A stretch of 18,256 nucleotides of DNA from Coleofasciculus chthonoplastes F2-STO-03 (GTDB lineage: Bacteria > Cyanobacteriota > Cyanobacteriia > Cyanobacteriales > Coleofasciculaceae): assembly GCA_040222015.1 (NCBI GenBank), contig JAVJWO010000032.1, forward strand, positions 1-18,256, read 5' to 3'. Positions 1 to 10,111 of the stretch are shown in pieces. The notes under the pieces were generated by a model. The model was not told the origin of the DNA, ran no database searches, and worked only from the letters and a program-made list of their open reading frames with translations. Each line of letters begins with the position of its first letter. The stretch's first letter is position 1. Position numbers and translations under genes: made by a program.

Positions 1-1
1 T

Positions 2-1919
<1,918 letters not shown>

Positions 1920-1956
1920 ATTGGTTCATTTCATCCACTAAAACTTAATTGGCTTG

Positions 1957-1988
1957 AAGGCTCTTGTTGAAACGCAAGAGCCTTTTTT
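1957..1988 (+). terminator. Rho-independent terminator of psbDC
   Basis: AAGGCTCTTG-N8-CAAGAGCCTT stem followed by a T run, 37 nt after the psbC stop. Confidence 0.85.
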
Positions 1989-2014
1989 ATAGAGCAAAAA
2001 CTTCTCTCCAAGCG

Positions 2015-2034
2015 GTTGTATACAACGTCTCTAC
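2015..2034. repeat. Partial REP-like palindromic element
   Basis: GTTGTATACAAC perfect palindrome followed by GTCTCTAC; the CTAC end is shared with other REP-like units in this window. Confidence 0.5.
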
Positions 2035-2104
2035 AATATTTAGAGGAGTTGGTTAGTATTCTGGTTGGAATTACGGACAGGGAGGGTTAAGACGGATGAA
2101 ACAG

Positions 2105-2710
2105 TTAGCGTAAAGCTCGCCCATCTGTTCCTTTTTCGATACGTTGAACAGACGGCGAAGTCCGATCATGTTCTACCTCAATGACAGCTAAAATTCCTTC
2201 CTCAACAGGGACAGCACGCCATAGGGGAAAATAGGGTTCAATCTCAGGAAAATTACCGATCCGGTCTGTCAACCACTGGTACATTTCCCGTGAGGGTACA
2301 ATAAGCAAGCCTCCAACAATTGCCCGTTGAAGGAGTCCAATGGCAATTTTGTTTAAAGCGCGGTGGCTTGAGGATACATTACCTGTTTCCCATTCAACTA
2401 CGAATTGTCTATCATTAGAGAGTGTTTTAACCGCATCTACTGGACCAGGGCGAGCATTCGTTATGATCTTCATACGTTTTTCCCGTTGCCAGCCAAACTG
2501 CTCATCTAGGACAGTTATACAGCTTTCCTTTATCGGTTTTACACCATTTTTATGTTTCTTGTTTTCCTCACGCAGGATAAACTGATTATTGCCTGGGGGC
2601 CAGTGAACTGCATGAATCGCAGTATAAACTTCTTCTAGGACTTGCTCAAATTCCTCTGTGTCTGCAAACTGCCCTTTTCTAATCAGAAATTCAGTCCTGT
2701 TTATCTTCAT
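2105..2710 (-). CDS. Type II restriction endonuclease, BamHI family (predicted GGATCC)
   Basis: Collinear with recalled BamHI motifs: WP, NGVKPIK, WQREK, GPVD, EWETGNVSSSHRALNK, LTDRIGNFPEIEPYF, KGTDG; catalytic E..D..ExE set present. Confidence 0.93.
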   Translation of the reverse strand: MKINRTEFLIRKGQFADTEEFEQVLEEVYTAIHAVHWPPGNNQFILREENKKHKNGVKPIKESCITVLDEQFGWQREKRMKIITNARPGPVDAVKTLSNDRQFVVEWETGNVSSSHRALNKIAIGLLQRAIVGGLLIVPSREMYQWLTDRIGNFPEIEPYFPLWRAVPVEEGILAVIEVEHDRTSPSVQRIEKGTDGRALR

Positions 2711-2930
2711 TCAGCAGGTTTTCTACTTCAGCCACAATGGATGCAGCCGACACACCAAGCGCCTCTGCAAGCTTGATAATCGTTGATAGGGTAGGTTGTC
2801 TTAGCCCCCCTTCCAGACGAGAAATAAATGTTCGGTCAAGCTGACTTCGGAAGGAAAGCTCTTCTTGTGAAAGGCGTTTTGCCTTCCTCAGACGCTGAAG
2901 AACCTTCCCAAATGCTTTTTCTGGCGTCAC
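2691..2930 (-). CDS. XRE-family HTH controller (C) protein of the R-M system
   Basis: FGKVLQRLRKAKRLSQEELS...LDRTFISRLEGGLRQPTL; GTG start with GGAGG RBS; directly upstream of and overlapping the endonuclease by 20 nt, divergent from the methylase. Confidence 0.9.
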   Translation of the reverse strand: MTPEKAFGKVLQRLRKAKRLSQEELSFRSQLDRTFISRLEGGLRQPTLSTIIKLAEALGVSAASIVAEVENLLNEDKQD

Positions 2931-2961
2931 GGTGTATCCTCCAAACTAGAGGGTATCCTGG

Positions 2962-2995
2962 TTGACGGAACGATGCAGTTGCCTATAGGCTACAA
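2962..2995 (+). promoter_or_regulatory. Candidate methylase promoter overlapped by a C-box-like palindrome
   Basis: TTGACG (2962-2967)-N18-TAGGCT (2986-2991); palindrome gttGCCTATAGGCtac (2978-2993) with a central TATA. Confidence 0.55.
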
Positions 2996-3040
2996 AAGCC
3001 TCACCCCAGTCTGATTGACATAACGGAGAAAACTTGGCTC

Positions 3041-4333
3041 ATGTCTGTCGCTTATCCATTGTTTCAAGCCATCGGTATCAAATCCGATGATTCAGTCGCG
3101 ATTAAGCAATTAGCGTCTAAAACAGGTATTTCTGTTGAACGACTTAGATACTACGATAAAAATAGAATTTTGCCTTCGGATACAGATTTAGATAAAATTT
3201 GTTCGGTGACAAATATTCCTCGCCTAAAACTTAAGTTGTTAATGGGTTGTCTGGATCGGAAAACCATTGCCGCCATACAGAATAAGGCTGAAGAAATTTA
3301 TGAAATTATTAAAACTGATAGTCCATCATTGCCTGCTGATACAACGACGCCAAGATTAATGTTCAAAACTGATTATGGACAGTTATATCAGGGAAATTGC
3401 CTAGATTTGATGCGCGACATGGAAGCAGAAACGGTTGATTTAGTTTTTGCCGATCCCCCTTTTAATCTCAGTAAAAACTATCCTTCAGGCATAGATGATA
3501 ATTTAAACAAATCTGATTATTTAGAGTGGTGTGAAGCTTGGCTCAATGAATGTATTCGCATCTTAAAGCCTGCGGGTAGTTTATTCCTCTGGAATCTGCC
3601 TAAGTGGAATAGTCACCTATCTGGATTTCTGAATCACCGCCTAACGTTTAGGCACTGGATATCTGTTGATATTAAATACAGATTTCCTATTGCTGGACGG
3701 TTATATCCTTCCCATTATTCACTGCTTTACTATTGTAAGGGGGAAAAGCCAAAAACCTTTCATCCGGATAGGCTTCCGCTAGAGATATGCTCAAACTGTT
3801 ATCGGGAGTTGCGCGATTACGGAGGCTATAAACATAAAATGAATCCTAGAGGTGTCAATCTAACCGATGTCTGGTACGATATTCCACCCGTTAGACACAA
3901 GCGTTATAAGCAGCGAGAAGGAGCGAATGAACTTTCTATTAAACTGATAGATCGGATTATTGAAATGGCATCTGATCAAGGAGATATTGTTTTTGATCCC
4001 TTTGGTGGTGCAGGGACAACTTATGTAGTCGCAGAGATGAAACATCGCCGTTGGCTTGGTATTGAGATTGGTTCTGTCGATGATATTTTAAGCCGTTTCC
4101 AGAAACTTGATCAGGAACGTGATTATTTACAACAGATTCGAGAGGGTTATAATTGCCTGTTTACTAACAAAACAGTGAAGGTAAGGAGGGAGAAGGGACT
4201 CTGGACTTCAGAATCGGTTAGAGAAAAAGCTCAGATGTGTGTAAAAACACAAGGGAAGGGTAAGAAGAAAGCTTTAGGTATTCAAACTGAACTGGATTTC
4301 TCAGGAATTAATAATCGGTCAAAGCTTACCTAG
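3041..4333 (+). CDS. Amino-DNA methyltransferase, beta class (M.BamHI-like, probably N4-cytosine), with N-terminal HTH-like extension
   Basis: Motif IV DLVFADPPFN precedes motif I DPFGGAGTT; LYPSHYSLLYY and TDVWYDIPPVRH; adjacent to a BamHI-like endonuclease. Confidence 0.93.
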   Translation: MSVAYPLFQAIGIKSDDSVAIKQLASKTGISVERLRYYDKNRILPSDTDLDKICSVTNIPRLKLKLLMGCLDRKTIAAIQNKAEEIYEIIKTDSPSLPADTTTPRLMFKTDYGQLYQGNCLDLMRDMEAETVDLVFADPPFNLSKNYPSGIDDNLNKSDYLEWCEAWLNECIRILKPAGSLFLWNLPKWNSHLSGFLNHRLTFRHWISVDIKYRFPIAGRLYPSHYSLLYYCKGEKPKTFHPDRLPLEICSNCYRELRDYGGYKHKMNPRGVNLTDVWYDIPPVRHKRYKQREGANELSIKLIDRIIEMASDQGDIVFDPFGGAGTTYVVAEMKHRRWLGIEIGSVDDILSRFQKLDQERDYLQQIREGYNCLFTNKTVKVRREKGLWTSESVREKAQMCVKTQGKGKKKALGIQTELDFSGINNRSKLT

Positions 4334-4418
4334 ATCAGGGCACGATAATCAGAGTGCCCCTACCGCATCAATTCGTTGTAGGGGCATGGCATTGCCATGC
4401 CCTATTAATTAGGTGGAC
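4330..4418. repeat. REP-like composite repeat, copy A (intact)
   Basis: GGGCAC..GTGCCCCTAC hairpin plus GTAGGGGCATGGCATTGCCATGCCCTA hairpin; 4330-4373 matches 4918-4961 at 41/44; 4388-4418 matches 5264-5279 joined to 5376-5391. Confidence 0.85.
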
Positions 4419-4560
4419 TTTGTTTAATTGCCATTTCCCAGACGCTAGCAATACTAATATTTTTTTCATGGTTGGTATCTTCCATTAGTTCACGGACAGT
4501 ATTGCTGAGAGTAGAATTGCCAGAAAAGAACCAAATCAGGGCATGAGTATCCAGGATAAG
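4417..4560 (-). pseudogene. Truncated PIN/VapC toxin fragment
   Basis: Manual translation LILDTHALIWFFSGNSTLSNTVRELMEDTNHEKNISIASVWEMAIKQS; no start codon, and homology ends at the repeat boundary. Confidence 0.85.
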
Positions 4561-4561
4561 G

Positions 4562-4681
4562 CGATACTAATTTAACCATTGGCAGGTCATTCTTAGTGAT
4601 CATGATTTCTGCGCCTAGTGAGGCATTTTCAAGGAGTTGATGGATTTGTTGTCAGGCTTGATTAATATCTATTGCTTCCAT
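4562..4681 (-). pseudogene. Phd/YefM-family antitoxin with nonsense codon, 3'-truncated
   Basis: MEAIDINQA*QQIHQLLENASLGAEIMITKNDLPMVKLVS; TGA at 4652-4654; abuts the PIN fragment out of frame. Confidence 0.8.
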
Positions 4682-5036
4682 AAATAAATGCTTTTTGTTT
4701 AGATTAATTACTACCATTGATTCCCAAACTGAAGCCGCCTGAATGCATTCCTATGGCTGGATTGAAGGAACCTATCCTATAGACTACAGGATACTATTTT
4801 ACTGATGAGCAGGTATGAGTGCAAAGCATTTCTTCATTCATAGAACTCGATCATCTGCCCGAATTCGCGATCGCATCAAACGAACGCTACCACGAGTCAA
4901 ACTAACCAGTCGGGGCGCTAGATCAGGGCACGATAGTCGAAGTGCCCCTACCGCATCAATTTGCTCTCCGCCATGGTAGGGGCTCTTCTGTGCCCATTGG
5001 TGTCAACTTAAGCCACATTACCCACGATAGGATACT

Positions 5037-5064
5037 GGGTGTGGGGTATGGGGTGTGGGGTGTG
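5037..5064 (+). repeat. Heptamer tandem repeat (GGGTGTG)x4, STRR-like
   Basis: gggtgtg gggtatg gggtgtg gggtgtg. Confidence 0.9.
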
Positions 5065-5170
5065 GGGGGAGCGAGCAATTTTGGCTCACTATGTATTAAA
5101 GTTTCCTGTTTGGAAAAAACGTTGTGGATGAATAGGTGAGGTGAATGATGGTATGTGTTAGGTTTTTTAA

Positions 5171-5224
5171 CCGACACCCGACACTCGACACCCGACACCC
5201 GACACCCGACACCCGACGACACCC
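5171..5224 (+). repeat. Heptamer tandem repeat (CCGACAC) x about 7, STRR-like
   Basis: Six near-perfect units from 5171 to 5212 plus a degenerate tail. Confidence 0.9.
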
Positions 5225-5279
5225 TTGCTCAACCGAGCTTTTCACCTTAAGTTGACGCGGATGGGCATTGCCATGCCCT

Positions 5280-5370
5280 CAGGACTTACGCAGGTACATC
5301 ATATATGGTGGCAATGGTGCGTTAGCGTAGCGTAACGCACCCTACAGATAGAGGTGTTGCGTAAGTCCTA
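5280..5370. mobile_element. 91-bp MITE with 12-bp perfect TIRs and 5-bp target-site duplication
   Basis: AGGACTTACGCA (5281-5292) and TGCGTAAGTCCT (5358-5369); GCCCT at 5275-5279 and 5371-5375; internal REP-like hairpin GGTGCGTTA..TAACGCACCCTAC (5316-5345). Confidence 0.85.
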
Positions 5371-5524
5371 GCCCTATTTAATGAGGTGGACAGCATAAAA
5401 GTCGAGGAAATGGGACAAGGATTTGCCCGGAAACCCCGAAAACCGAAGCGTGAAGACACGACTACGCCAGAACAATCCTCACCGTTGCTGCTCAAAACTT
5501 GGTCATTCGAGTCTTTTACTCGGC

Positions 5525-5650
5525 GTTTCGTGTTCTGAACTCCACGTTTCGTGTTCTGAACTTCACGTTTTGTGTTCCGAACTCCACGTTCCGTGTTCTG
5601 AACTTCAGGTTCCGTGTTCCGAACTCTAAGTTCCGTGTTTTGAAGTCAAA
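5525..5650 (+). repeat. 21-bp tandem repeat x6 (consensus GTTYCGTGTTCYGAACTYCAC)
   Basis: Units start at 5525, 5546, 5567, 5588, 5609 and 5630, with no spacers. Confidence 0.95.
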
Positions 5651-5774
5651 ATGTTCCAGCAGTTGGAGCAAGGCAGAAATTGCTGTTTGAGAACCGATTT
5701 CACCTAATGCCTCGGCTTAGTACTTCTATGGTTAATTTTAATCTTTTCCTTCCCCATTTCTCCAATCCTTCAAA

Positions 5775-7148
5775 CTAAGGTATAGGTCGAGACGGTGGCA
5801 CTTGCAGCTCAGCAGAAGCCGTCAGCGTTTGGTATAAGCGCTCCGATAAGATGCGGTTGGCTTCCTCGGTCAAATGAATAGCATCCCAAAACGCCCGATC
5901 AGAAAAATCGTTATAAACATCGTAGAAGTTCAGCGTTTTTACATTTTCGGGATACCAGCTTTGAAGCTGATCCAGTGATTTGGCTAAAGCGACATAGCCA
6001 TCTTGGATTCGTGTCTGATAATCTGCTCCTAATTCAACCAAAATTTCCTGCTCTCTGAGTGAAATCTGTTGATTACCCCCACGACCGGTAATTTCTGGTT
6101 GTATGGCGATAATTAAGGGAACAGATGCCCCAGTTGCCAAGCGAATCATTTGCTTGTGGCGATCGCGATAACGGGTAACTCGTTCTTGCAGTTCCTCTGA
6201 GTCAGGGGGAAGATAGTTGGCTAGGTGGGTTGTACCATTCAACGCCGCTAAACTCAGCCGACTGACTGAGGGTTGGGGATTGAATATCCAGTATTGGATG
6301 GCTCTGACAAGATAGGTGTTGGTTACCACAGAGGTTAACTCTTGGGAGAGGTGGCTCCAAAAATGACCATACGCATTACTAAGAAAGGTTTCAATATGGG
6401 GAATATCCGTTGCCATGCGATCGCTCGGTAGGAGCAAGTCCATGTATCCATCCAAAACCACGATCGCATCCGGTTGATAGGGCAAAATCTGCAACGCTAA
6501 CTGAGCCAATTCATTCCCCGATGCATACCCCGGTACAGCCGCATTAATCACCCGATATTGACCATCTTTAATCTTAGGAGGTAATGCCAACGCCTTTTCT
6601 AAATCTGGTTTATAGAAGGGCAAATTTGTTGGTCGATATTTCTCCGGAGAACGCTGCTGCTGGGCAACCCGTTCCTTCAGACGCGCTTCCAGTTGAGCCG
6701 CAATGGTCGCTTGATTACTGGGATTCCATTGACCAAACGCCGTCGATCCTCCCAGCAAAAAAATCCGAAATTCAGTGTTGGGTTTGTCTAGGGGAACAGG
6801 TTCAGTGTCGCGGAATCCTTGGGGATTAATCTGCCAAAAATTGCTGGTTTGGTCGCCAACAAGCTGATAGCCTACGGCAAGACTACGTTGGGCGGCAAGT
6901 CGCCCTTGTTCGGATAAACCATCATAAGGCTTGTTACTGTCATTCAAAAACTTGAGGCGGTAAACATTCACAATCGCTGGTTCACCCTCATAGGCAGCTA
7001 ACTCAGCGCTTTTGCCCATGACACCAACCAACAGCCGAGTGGACAATTCTAAGACAATCAAGGCGATCGGAATCGCCAAAATGATCGCGAGCAACGGCAA
7101 GGGACTGCGGCGCTTACGGTAGGTGCGACGGCGGCGCGACTTGAACAT
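5775..7148 (-). CDS. Membrane-anchored SGNH/GDSL-family hydrolase
   Basis: Basic N-terminus plus TM helix; block I LGGSTAFG, block II INAAVPGY, block III-like LDGYMD, block V DAIH; ATG at 7148 with GAGGA upstream. Confidence 0.85.
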   Translation of the reverse strand: MFKSRRRRTYRKRRSPLPLLAIILAIPIALIVLELSTRLLVGVMGKSAELAAYEGEPAIVNVYRLKFLNDSNKPYDGLSEQGRLAAQRSLAVGYQLVGDQTSNFWQINPQGFRDTEPVPLDKPNTEFRIFLLGGSTAFGQWNPSNQATIAAQLEARLKERVAQQQRSPEKYRPTNLPFYKPDLEKALALPPKIKDGQYRVINAAVPGYASGNELAQLALQILPYQPDAIVVLDGYMDLLLPSDRMATDIPHIETFLSNAYGHFWSHLSQELTSVVTNTYLVRAIQYWIFNPQPSVSRLSLAALNGTTHLANYLPPDSEELQERVTRYRDRHKQMIRLATGASVPLIIAIQPEITGRGGNQQISLREQEILVELGADYQTRIQDGYVALAKSLDQLQSWYPENVKTLNFYDVYNDFSDRAFWDAIHLTEEANRILSERLYQTLTASAELQVPPSRPIP

Positions 7149-7298
7149 CAAATAATTTTCCTCAAATCATCACAGAATCGGGCGGCGGCGTTGCTAAACT
7201 TAACACGGATGCGGCTATATGACCGACATTAAAACGTGATAGTCACTGCTGATCGCGGGTTAAACATCCAATTTTGTACAGAACTATCCATTATACCT

Positions 7299-7799
7299 AT
7301 GCCCTGCACACTACTCTTTGTCTGCCTTGGTAATATTTGCCGTTCTCCCTCCGCCGAGAACATTATGAATCACTTAATTGAACAAGCGGGACTTCAAGAC
7401 AGCATTGTCTGCGACTCAGCGGGGACGGGTGATTATCATATTGGTTCTCCTCCCGATGAACGCATGACTCTCGCCGCCAGCCAACGGGGAATCATCCTCA
7501 AGGGCAAAGCCCGACAGTTTCAAGTCTCTGATTTTGAAGCGTTTGACCTGATTTTGGCGATGGATCGGGAGAATTTACGGGATATTCGGTTTCTGGATAC
7601 AAGGGGGAAGTATGTGGATAAAGTGCGATTAATGTGTGATTTTGCCACTCATCATCAGATACGAGACGTTCCTGATCCCTATTACGGGGGTCCAGAGGGA
7701 TTTAACCAGGTGATTGATTTACTCCTGGATGCTTGCGAGGGATTATTGGAGTATGTGATTAAGACCTATTCCCTACCCGCCAAAGGCAAAGTTCAATGA
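7299..7799 (+). CDS. Low-molecular-weight protein-tyrosine phosphatase
   Basis: FVCLGNICRS P-loop, DSAGT, LILAMD, VPDPYYG; likely start ATG 7299; ATGA overlap with the next gene. Confidence 0.95.
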   Translation: MPCTLLFVCLGNICRSPSAENIMNHLIEQAGLQDSIVCDSAGTGDYHIGSPPDERMTLAASQRGIILKGKARQFQVSDFEAFDLILAMDRENLRDIRFLDTRGKYVDKVRLMCDFATHHQIRDVPDPYYGGPEGFNQVIDLLLDACEGLLEYVIKTYSLPAKGKVQ

Positions 7800-9250
7800 G
7801 CTTTTTTGAGAAACTCAATGCCGCGATCGCACAGAATCAAAGTTTACTGGTAGTCGGACTTGATCCTAACCCAGAAATGATGCCCAGACGTTACTCCACC
7901 GGAGAATACTCAGGTGATCTGATGGATGGGTTAAGGGATTGGTTGCACTGGATTATCCAGCAAACCGCCGATTTAGTCTGCGCCTATAAGCCCACATTTG
8001 GCTTTTACAAAGCATTGGGCGCACCGGGACTCAACCTATTAGAACAGACACTCGCGGCGATTCCTGACTCCATTCCGATTATTTTAGATGCCAAACATGG
8101 TGACCTAAACACTAGCACTGTCTTTGCGGAAACCATTTTTACGCGATGGCGGGTTGATGCGGTTACGCTGAGTCCTTATTCTGGACAAGACCACGTTGCA
8201 CCCTTTTTAATTTATCCCGGTAAAGCCGTTTTTATTCTCTGCTGCACCTCCAATCCGGCGGCTGTGGCGATTCAGCAGTATCCCCAACCCCAAACCCCCC
8301 TTTATCTGCAAGTGGTTAAAGAAGCCAAAACCTGGGGCGCACCCGAAGATTTAGCCTTAGAAGTTGGCACAAACTCGCCAAGTATATTAGCAAAGATTCG
8401 GGCAATTGCCTCAGAACGCTTAATTTTAGCCCGGAGTATTTGGGCGGAGGGGGGTGCTGAACTCAATCAAATTTTAGCGGCTGGGTTAAATGCCAATGGT
8501 GAGGGGTTATTAATACCAGTTCCCCAGGATATGTTAGCCACAGAAGAACCCGCCACCGCGATACAACCCCTAAGAGAGGAGATAAATCAGGCAAGAGGAA
8601 AAAAGATTCAACAGGGTTCGGCTTGTGATTTATGGATGCCGGATGTCTGTTTTCTAGAACAACATCCCCATCAAGATTTAATTCTCCAACTTTATGACAT
8701 GGGTTGTATTCTATTTGGTGAATTTGTCCAAGCATCTGGGGCAGTTTTTCCCTACTATATTGATTTGCGGAAAGTTATCTCCAATCCCCAACTTTTCCAT
8801 CAAATGCTGAGTGCTTATGCCGAGATTCTGCAAGGTTTAACCTTTGACCGGATTGCTGGGATTCCCTATGGGTCATTACCCACGGCAACCGGGTTGTCCC
8901 TACGCCTGCATCACCCCATGATTTTTCCCCGTAAAGAAGTGAAAGCCCATGGGACGCGACGGGTGATTGAGGGTCACTTTGAGCCAGGGGAAACGGTGGT
9001 TGTGGTAGATGATATTTTGATTAGCGGTAAGAGTGTGATGGAGGGGGCGGCGAAGCTGGAGACAGGGGGGTTAAACGTGCAGGATATTGTCGTATTTATT
9101 GATCACGAAGGTGGGGTCAAGGATAGATTGAGGGATAATGGTTATCAGGCGCATTCCGTGTTAACGATTTCAGAAATTACCCAAACTCTGTATCAAGCGG
9201 GGCGGATTACTCAGGAACAATTTCAGGCATTTAACCACAGTGTTCAATAA
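7796..9250 (+). CDS. pyrFE: Bifunctional orotidine-5'-phosphate decarboxylase / orotate phosphoribosyltransferase
   Basis: N-half VGLDP, AYKP, ILDAKHGD, DAVTLSPY, TSNP (PyrF); C-half FPYYIDLR, RKEVKAHG, VVVVDDILISGKS (PyrE). Confidence 0.93.
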   Translation: MSFFEKLNAAIAQNQSLLVVGLDPNPEMMPRRYSTGEYSGDLMDGLRDWLHWIIQQTADLVCAYKPTFGFYKALGAPGLNLLEQTLAAIPDSIPIILDAKHGDLNTSTVFAETIFTRWRVDAVTLSPYSGQDHVAPFLIYPGKAVFILCCTSNPAAVAIQQYPQPQTPLYLQVVKEAKTWGAPEDLALEVGTNSPSILAKIRAIASERLILARSIWAEGGAELNQILAAGLNANGEGLLIPVPQDMLATEEPATAIQPLREEINQARGKKIQQGSACDLWMPDVCFLEQHPHQDLILQLYDMGCILFGEFVQASGAVFPYYIDLRKVISNPQLFHQMLSAYAEILQGLTFDRIAGIPYGSLPTATGLSLRLHHPMIFPRKEVKAHGTRRVIEGHFEPGETVVVVDDILISGKSVMEGAAKLETGGLNVQDIVVFIDHEGGVKDRLRDNGYQAHSVLTISEITQTLYQAGRITQEQFQAFNHSVQ

Positions 9251-9290
9251 GTGAACGTCCCACGCCTTAAGTTAAATTCGTGTGAAGTTC

Positions 9291-9392
9291 GTAGTTGCGC
9301 TTTAGCGCCATAAACACTATAGCGCTGACTACCAAGGTTTCTATGGCAATCTCTGCATCCTCACCGAAATCTATCGCAGAAACCCGGTTTCT
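9291..9392. repeat. Degenerate REP-like elements
   Basis: GTAGTTGCGCT (9291) and AGCGCTGACTAC (9321) imperfect inverted repeat; AGAAACCCGGTTTCT near-palindrome at 9378-9392. Confidence 0.55.
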
Positions 9393-9425
9393 TGCCCCCA
9401 CCCACATCTCAGAGAGGAAAGCAGT

Positions 9426-9854
9426 TCATCGCTTGGCTTCCCACGGATTAACCAAATCAATTCCACAATCCAAAAAGTCGCGTATGTTGCGGGTCGCTAA
9501 TGTTGCCTGGTGAACTCGGCAAATGGCTGCAATTTGTGCATCAAATTGTGAGATGGGGCGACCGATTTGTTTGCGGTAAGCTGCTATTTGGGAATAAAGC
9601 TCAGCGGCTTTTTGATCGAATGCTAAAATTCGCTCTGCCAAGTAATCCTCAAAGACGATCAATGCTCCGTCGAGCAATTTCTGTCGTCGCTGTCCTTCTG
9701 GAAGAATTTGAATACCGTACAGAATTTCGGCTTGGGTAATGCTGGTTGTGTACAGTGATGCACCGTTTTGGCTGGCTAACCATTCGCGGATGACGCTCGA
9801 ACCCCTCGGCTGAATGAGTTCCGAAATGACGTTGGTGTCGAGAATGATTTTCAT
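9426..9854 (-). CDS. vapC: PIN-domain VapC/FitB-like ribonuclease toxin
   Basis: IILDTNVISE, SITQAEILYG, ISQFDAQIAAI, LATRNIRDF, LVNPW; acidic PIN residues present. Confidence 0.95.
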   Translation of the reverse strand: MKIILDTNVISELIQPRGSSVIREWLASQNGASLYTTSITQAEILYGIQILPEGQRRQKLLDGALIVFEDYLAERILAFDQKAAELYSQIAAYRKQIGRPISQFDAQIAAICRVHQATLATRNIRDFLDCGIDLVNPWEAKR

Positions 9855-9880
9855 GGTTCGCCAAACAGGGTTTCGTCAAC
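9811..9880. repeat. 70-bp direct repeat, copy 1 (antitoxin-vapC junction)
   Basis: 69/70 identical to 10716-10785. Confidence 0.95.
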
Positions 9881-10111
9881 TCGAATGGGTTCCCGTGGCT
9901 CGATGAGAATTTCGTTGGGTTCGATCTGGCTGAAGTGTCGCTCAAAGACTGCGATGAGCCACTGACCTTCGTTTTCAAAGTTTTCGGGTTGAAGTTTTGG
10001 GGCGGGTGTGTGGGGGGTTGGGTGCAGTTCGCGATCGAGAAGCTCGAACAGTTTTTGCTTGTCGGTAGGGTTGAGTTGATGAATGGCTGGCAAGAGTTCA
10101 TTGAGTGTCAT
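9851..10111 (-). CDS. Probable cognate antitoxin (86 aa)
   Basis: ATG at 10111 with AGGAG RBS (MTLNELLPAIHQLNPTDKQKLFELL...); acidic C-terminus; ATGA coupling to vapC. Confidence 0.75.
   Translation of the reverse strand: MTLNELLPAIHQLNPTDKQKLFELLDRELHPTPHTPAPKLQPENFENEGQWLIAVFERHFSQIEPNEILIEPREPIRVDETLFGEP

Larger units (their letters stand above)
4995..5263. mobile_element. MITE-like element (269 bp) with 18-bp terminal inverted repeats
   Basis: CATTGGTGTCAACTTAAG (4995-5012) and CTTAAGTTGACGCGGATG (5246-5263), 15/18 inverted match; non-coding interior with heptamer repeats; no clean target duplication. Confidence 0.75.
4918..5391. repeat. REP-like composite repeat, copy B, interrupted by two miniature insertions
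   Basis: Segments 4918-4961, 5264-5279 and 5376-5391 reproduce copy A (4330-4418) in order. Confidence 0.8.

Noticed and set aside
4816..4978. MSAKHFF... short ORF resembling an XisH start
   Set aside because: Similarity is limited to about five residues and the frame runs into REP sequence.
5525..5650. CRISPR array
   Set aside because: Units are contiguous 21-mers with no unique spacers, and there are no cas genes.
4942..5690. ORFs 4942-5139, 4956-5222, 5423-5629 and 5499-5690
   Set aside because: Frames are kept open by heptamer and 21-bp repeats inside non-coding elements.
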